From: a candidate division FCPU426 bacterium
GTDB lineage: Bacteria > Oederibacteriota > Muellerivitia > Muellerivitales > Muellerivitaceae
Direction of reading: 5' to 3'
NCBI GenBank assembly: GCA_963771075.1
Contig: CAVYSE010000005.1
Location: 64,001-128,000 of the forward strand
DNA length: 64,000 bases
A program made the translations under genes and the position numbers. Positions 60,390-64,000 of this stretch are shown piece after piece (positions within the stretch are counted from its first letter, which is position 1; each line of letters opens with the position of its first letter). Below the pieces are notes generated by a model, which ran no database searches, was not told where the DNA came from, and saw nothing but the letters and a program-made list of their open reading frames with translations.

Positions 60390-60953
60390 CTAAAACCACT
60401 TGAAAAACTTGAAAAAATCCCCAAAGGGAGACTTGTTGCGGCGGGTCGGAAGGCTCCTGGATTCTTCCGCGAGTACCGCGACCGGGGAGGATTCGGTAAC
60501 AGGCAACTCGCGAGGGCTTTCCAATCCTGCCTTCACCTTTTCTGGCGTGGCGGTCCTGGAGGTTTTGCGTTTTTCGACCCGAACGGGTTCCATCGTTTTG
60601 CCAAAACCCTTCAGAAGGGCCATTTCCACAGAGGGGAATGCCTTCAAGATGCTGTTTAATTCCAAGAGCTCAAATGTTTCAGTCACCTCCGGGCTCATGC
60701 CTGCAAAAAACAAGTTACCCTTTTGAGCCCGGATGCGTTTGAGTTCTCCGATGAAAATGCCCCAGCCGGCGCTGCTGATGTAGGTGATGTTTTTCAAGTC
60801 GATGATCAGGTTGTACTTATTCTGGCTTAAGGCAGCTTGAAAGGTTCGCTCAAAATCGGGCGCGGTGGTGGTGTCGATAAAACCCTTGGCGTTGATGATC
60901 GTGATTTCTTTGTGAAGGGGATGGTTGGAAGCGGAAACGGTTAAATTAGCCAT
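60390..60953 (-). CDS. STAS-domain anti-sigma-factor antagonist
   Basis: GFIDTTTAP, YISSAGWG. Confidence 0.85.
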   Translation of the reverse strand: MANLTVSASNHPLHKEITIINAKGFIDTTTAPDFERTFQAALSQNKYNLIIDLKNITYISSAGWGIFIGELKRIRAQKGNLFFAGMSPEVTETFELLELNSILKAFPSVEMALLKGFGKTMEPVRVEKRKTSRTATPEKVKAGLESPRELPVTESSPVAVLAEESRSLPTRRNKSPFGDFFKFFKWF

Positions 60954-61190
60954 GGTTAACCCCTCGAAAAAATGAAAGCCTTTAGATAACCGGCATTATT
61001 AAAAGGTTTTAACGTTTTTTTCAAGGTATTCGGAAGGAGAATTTGGGAAACCGATACCCCGTGCAATGGTATAGAAAGGGCATTAAAAACGTTTTTAGGC
61101 CAAGGGATGTGATCATCGGGTAAGGGCACCCTTTCTTAATTATTTTATGATGGAGTGTCCGGCTCCCTTCGCTAAACTTTCCGCACTTTT

Positions 61191-62147
61191 ATGGAACCAA
61201 TTCCTCGACCTCTCATTTTAATAACAGGAGCCACCGGTTATGTGGGTGGTAGGCTTTTACCCCTCCTGGCTGAAAAGGGCTTCGCCCTGCGTTGCATGGC
61301 GAGAACACCTGAGCAATTGAAAGCCAAAACTCCTGCGGGGGTGGAGGTGATACCGGGTGATGTGCTTAACAAGGATTCCCTGCTCAAGGCCCTGCAGGGC
61401 GTGCATACGGCCTTTTACCTCGTGCACTCCATGGCGTCCACTTCCCGTTTCGAGGAAATGGACCGGATCGCGGCCAAAAATTTCGCCGAGGCCGCCCGTC
61501 GCAACCATATCAAAAAGATCGTCTACCTGGGCGGACTTTCCCAAGACACTTCGGGAAACCGCCACTTGGCCAGCCGGGAGGAAGTGGGAAAAATCCTGCG
61601 TTCGTGCGGGGTACCCACCGTTGAATTCCAAGCTTCTTTCATTATCGGTTCAGGGAGTTATTCCTTTGAAATAATCCGATCTTTGGTCGACCGTTGGCCG
61701 GTTATGCTGACACCCCGCTGGGTAGGGACCCTCTGCCAGCCGATCGCCATTAACGATGTTCTCGCTTACCTGGTGGCGGCTCTTGAAAAACCCTATTTGG
61801 AGAGCCAGGTTTTCCCCATCGGGGGGGCCGAAAAGATTTCGTATGGCGGATTGATGAGGGAATATGCCCGACAAAGGGGTTTGAAACGGTTGTTGATTCC
61901 CGTGCCCATTCGTACTCCCGTTATGTCCGCCCTTTGGCTGGGGTTCATCACCCCGGTCTACCCGCGGGTGGCCCGCCAACTCGTCGAGGGGCTCCGGGAG
62001 CAATCGGTCGTGAATGATTTGACCGCCGCAAAGATTTTTCCCGTCAAACCCGTGGGATATCGGGAGGCCCTGGCCAGCTCTATCCGAAATGAAGATCGAG
62101 AAACCCCCTTGACCAACTGGTTTGACGCTTTTTCCAACCGAAAATAA
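61191..62147 (+). CDS. NAD(P)-binding atypical SDR (YbjT-like)
   Basis: TGATGYVG, YLVHSM, IIGSGS.SFE, QPIAI.DV. Confidence 0.85.
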   Translation: MEPIPRPLILITGATGYVGGRLLPLLAEKGFALRCMARTPEQLKAKTPAGVEVIPGDVLNKDSLLKALQGVHTAFYLVHSMASTSRFEEMDRIAAKNFAEAARRNHIKKIVYLGGLSQDTSGNRHLASREEVGKILRSCGVPTVEFQASFIIGSGSYSFEIIRSLVDRWPVMLTPRWVGTLCQPIAINDVLAYLVAALEKPYLESQVFPIGGAEKISYGGLMREYARQRGLKRLLIPVPIRTPVMSALWLGFITPVYPRVARQLVEGLREQSVVNDLTAAKIFPVKPVGYREALASSIRNEDRETPLTNWFDAFSNRK

Positions 62148-62346
62148 AAATCCTTCATGTGTATCCCGCCCTTTGCGGTCGGGAGCCCCTCAAAAATCCT
62201 GACAACCAGTTTCACTTTCAACCCTTTTGGAAAACAATTTCTCTTCATTTAAATGTGACGGGGGTCATAACGTAAAGCCCCTGTCGCGACCAAAATACCC
62301 CTGCTGCGAATATGCGCGCTTTGTGCACCCTTTTAAGGAGAGTGAA

Positions 62347-64000
62347 ATGAGTGATTCCCCCTACGCGACGATGGATGCCAATGAAGCGGTAGCCCATGTG
62401 GCCTACCGGCTTAACGAGGTGATCTCCATCTATCCCATTACGCCTTCATCGCCCATGGCCGAATTTTGCGACGAGTGGGCCGCCGCGGGACGCCTCAATC
62501 TTTGGGGCGTAGTGCCCACGATCATGGAAATGCAATCGGAGGGCGGCGCGGCGGGAACGGCCCACGGAGCGCTCCAAACAGGCTCCATGACCACCACCTT
62601 CACCGCCTCCCAGGGTCTGCTCCTGATGATCCCCAACATGTTCAAGATCGCGGGAGAACTGACTCCGGCGGTATTCCACGTGTCCGCCCGGTCCCTTGCC
62701 TACCACGCCCTATCCATTTTTGGCGACCATAGTGACGTCATGGCCTGCCGGATGACCGGTTTCGCCATGTTGTGCTCCAACTCCGGGCAAGAGGCCATGG
62801 ACTTCGCCGCCATCGCCCAGTCCGCCTCCCTTCAGTCACGCGTGCCGTTCCTCCACTTTTTCGACGGTTTCCGGACCTCCCATGAGGTTTCTAAGGTGAC
62901 CCTTATTCCCGACGAAACCTTGCAGGCCTTGATCACGCCGGAGATGGTGACCGAGGTTCGCTCGCGGGCCATGTCCCCGGACCATCCCGTCCTAAGGGGC
63001 ACCGCCCAAAACCCGGATGTGTTCTTCCAGGGCCGGGAGAGGGCCAATAGCTATTACAACGCCTTACCTGGCATTGTGCAAAAGACCATGGATCAGTTCG
63101 GCAAGCTCACGGGCCGTTCCTATAAGATCTTCGAGTATCACGGAGCGCCGGACGCGGAACGGGTGTTGGTTCTAATGGGATCCGGCGCGGAGGACGCTCA
63201 CGAGACGGTCGATTGGTTGCTGGCCAAGGGTGAAAAGGTGGGGGTTCTGAAGGTCAGACTCTTCCTGCCGTTCGACATCGAGGCTTTCGCCAAGGCCCTG
63301 CCCCCTACCGTGAAGACCCTGGCGGTGTTGGACCGCACCAAGGAATCGGGAAGCTTGGGTGAGCCCCTTTACATGAACGTGATGGCCGGCTTGACGGAAA
63401 CCCTCGCCGTGGGAAAAACCTCCCTGAAGTTAATGCCCCGCGTCATCGGCGGGCGCTACGGCCTCTCGTGCAAAGAATTTACCCCCGCGATGATCATCGG
63501 CCTCCTGGATCATATGAAGGGCAAGGAGTTGAAGAACCACTTCACCATCGGCATCAACGACGACCTGACCCACACCAGTATTTCCTACGATGCCACGCTT
63601 TCCATCGAGCCCCCCGAGGTCAAAAGGGCGCTGTTCTTTGGCTTGGGCGCGGATGGAACGGTGGGCGCGAACAAGAATTCCATCAAGATCATCGGTGAGA
63701 ACACCGATTTCTGGACCCAGGGTTATTTCGTGTACGACTCCAAGAAATCCGGTTCCATGACGACTTCCCATTTGAGGTTCGGGCCCAAGAGTATCCAATC
63801 CGCCTATTTGATCAACAAGGCGGACTTCGTGGCCTGCCACCAGCCGGCTTTCCTCACCCGCTACAACATGCTGAAGGACCTGATGCCGGGTGGAACCTTC
63901 CTCCTGAATATCGCCCAGGGTCCCCGGGATGTCTGGGAACACTTGCCCCAGAGGGTCCAGGAACAATTGATTTCCAAAAAGATTAAGTTCTATGTGATCG
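62347..64000 (+). CDS. nifJ: Pyruvate:ferredoxin (flavodoxin) oxidoreductase, runs off the window end
   Basis: Manual translation MSDSPYATMDANEAVAHVAY..IYPITPSS..EMQSEGGAAG..FTASQGLLLMIPN; absent from the ORF track because there is no stop. Confidence 0.95.
   Translation, partial: MSDSPYATMDANEAVAHVAYRLNEVISIYPITPSSPMAEFCDEWAAAGRLNLWGVVPTIMEMQSEGGAAGTAHGALQTGSMTTTFTASQGLLLMIPNMFKIAGELTPAVFHVSARSLAYHALSIFGDHSDVMACRMTGFAMLCSNSGQEAMDFAAIAQSASLQSRVPFLHFFDGFRTSHEVSKVTLIPDETLQALITPEMVTEVRSRAMSPDHPVLRGTAQNPDVFFQGRERANSYYNALPGIVQKTMDQFGKLTGRSYKIFEYHGAPDAERVLVLMGSGAEDAHETVDWLLAKGEKVGVLKVRLFLPFDIEAFAKALPPTVKTLAVLDRTKESGSLGEPLYMNVMAGLTETLAVGKTSLKLMPRVIGGRYGLSCKEFTPAMIIGLLDHMKGKELKNHFTIGINDDLTHTSISYDATLSIEPPEVKRALFFGLGADGTVGANKNSIKIIGENTDFWTQGYFVYDSKKSGSMTTSHLRFGPKSIQSAYLINKADFVACHQPAFLTRYNMLKDLMPGGTFLLNIAQGPRDVWEHLPQRVQEQLISKKIKFYVI

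Overview
Bacterial chromosomal window with a GC-rich backbone. Thr/Pro-rich secreted proteins with T9SS-like C-terminal domains hint at an FCPU426/Goldbacteria-like lineage (inference). The left end has murI, TlpA, fur, greA and a SAM-I riboswitch driving a thrC-like gene. The right end has a MoaD/CysO sulfur carrier, a NIL protein, ThiF-like, cysK and pyruvate:ferredoxin oxidoreductase. Between them (~8.4-42.3 kb) lies an integron-like gene-cassette array. About 19 copies of a 28-bp palindrome (TGTCCACGAYGGG-GA-CCCRTCGTGGACA) separate co-oriented, mostly AT-rich single genes and toxin-antitoxin pairs, usually just after a stop codon. I found no attC boxes and no integrase in the window. Three unrelated elements target this same site: a group II intron (3 apparently identical copies, 2 nt 3' of the site), an IS110/IS1111 element whose putative bridge-RNA guides can be read in its non-coding end, and a 37-bp hairpin inserted at the site's centre (3 identical copies). 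Also present: two IS4-family copies with 9-bp TSDs, a broken RAYT/TIRYT Y1 transposase with derived MITEs, and a duplicated 159-bp leader-like element. Several single-copy genes are frameshifted, probably by sequencing indels. All family calls are from motif recognition, not database searches.
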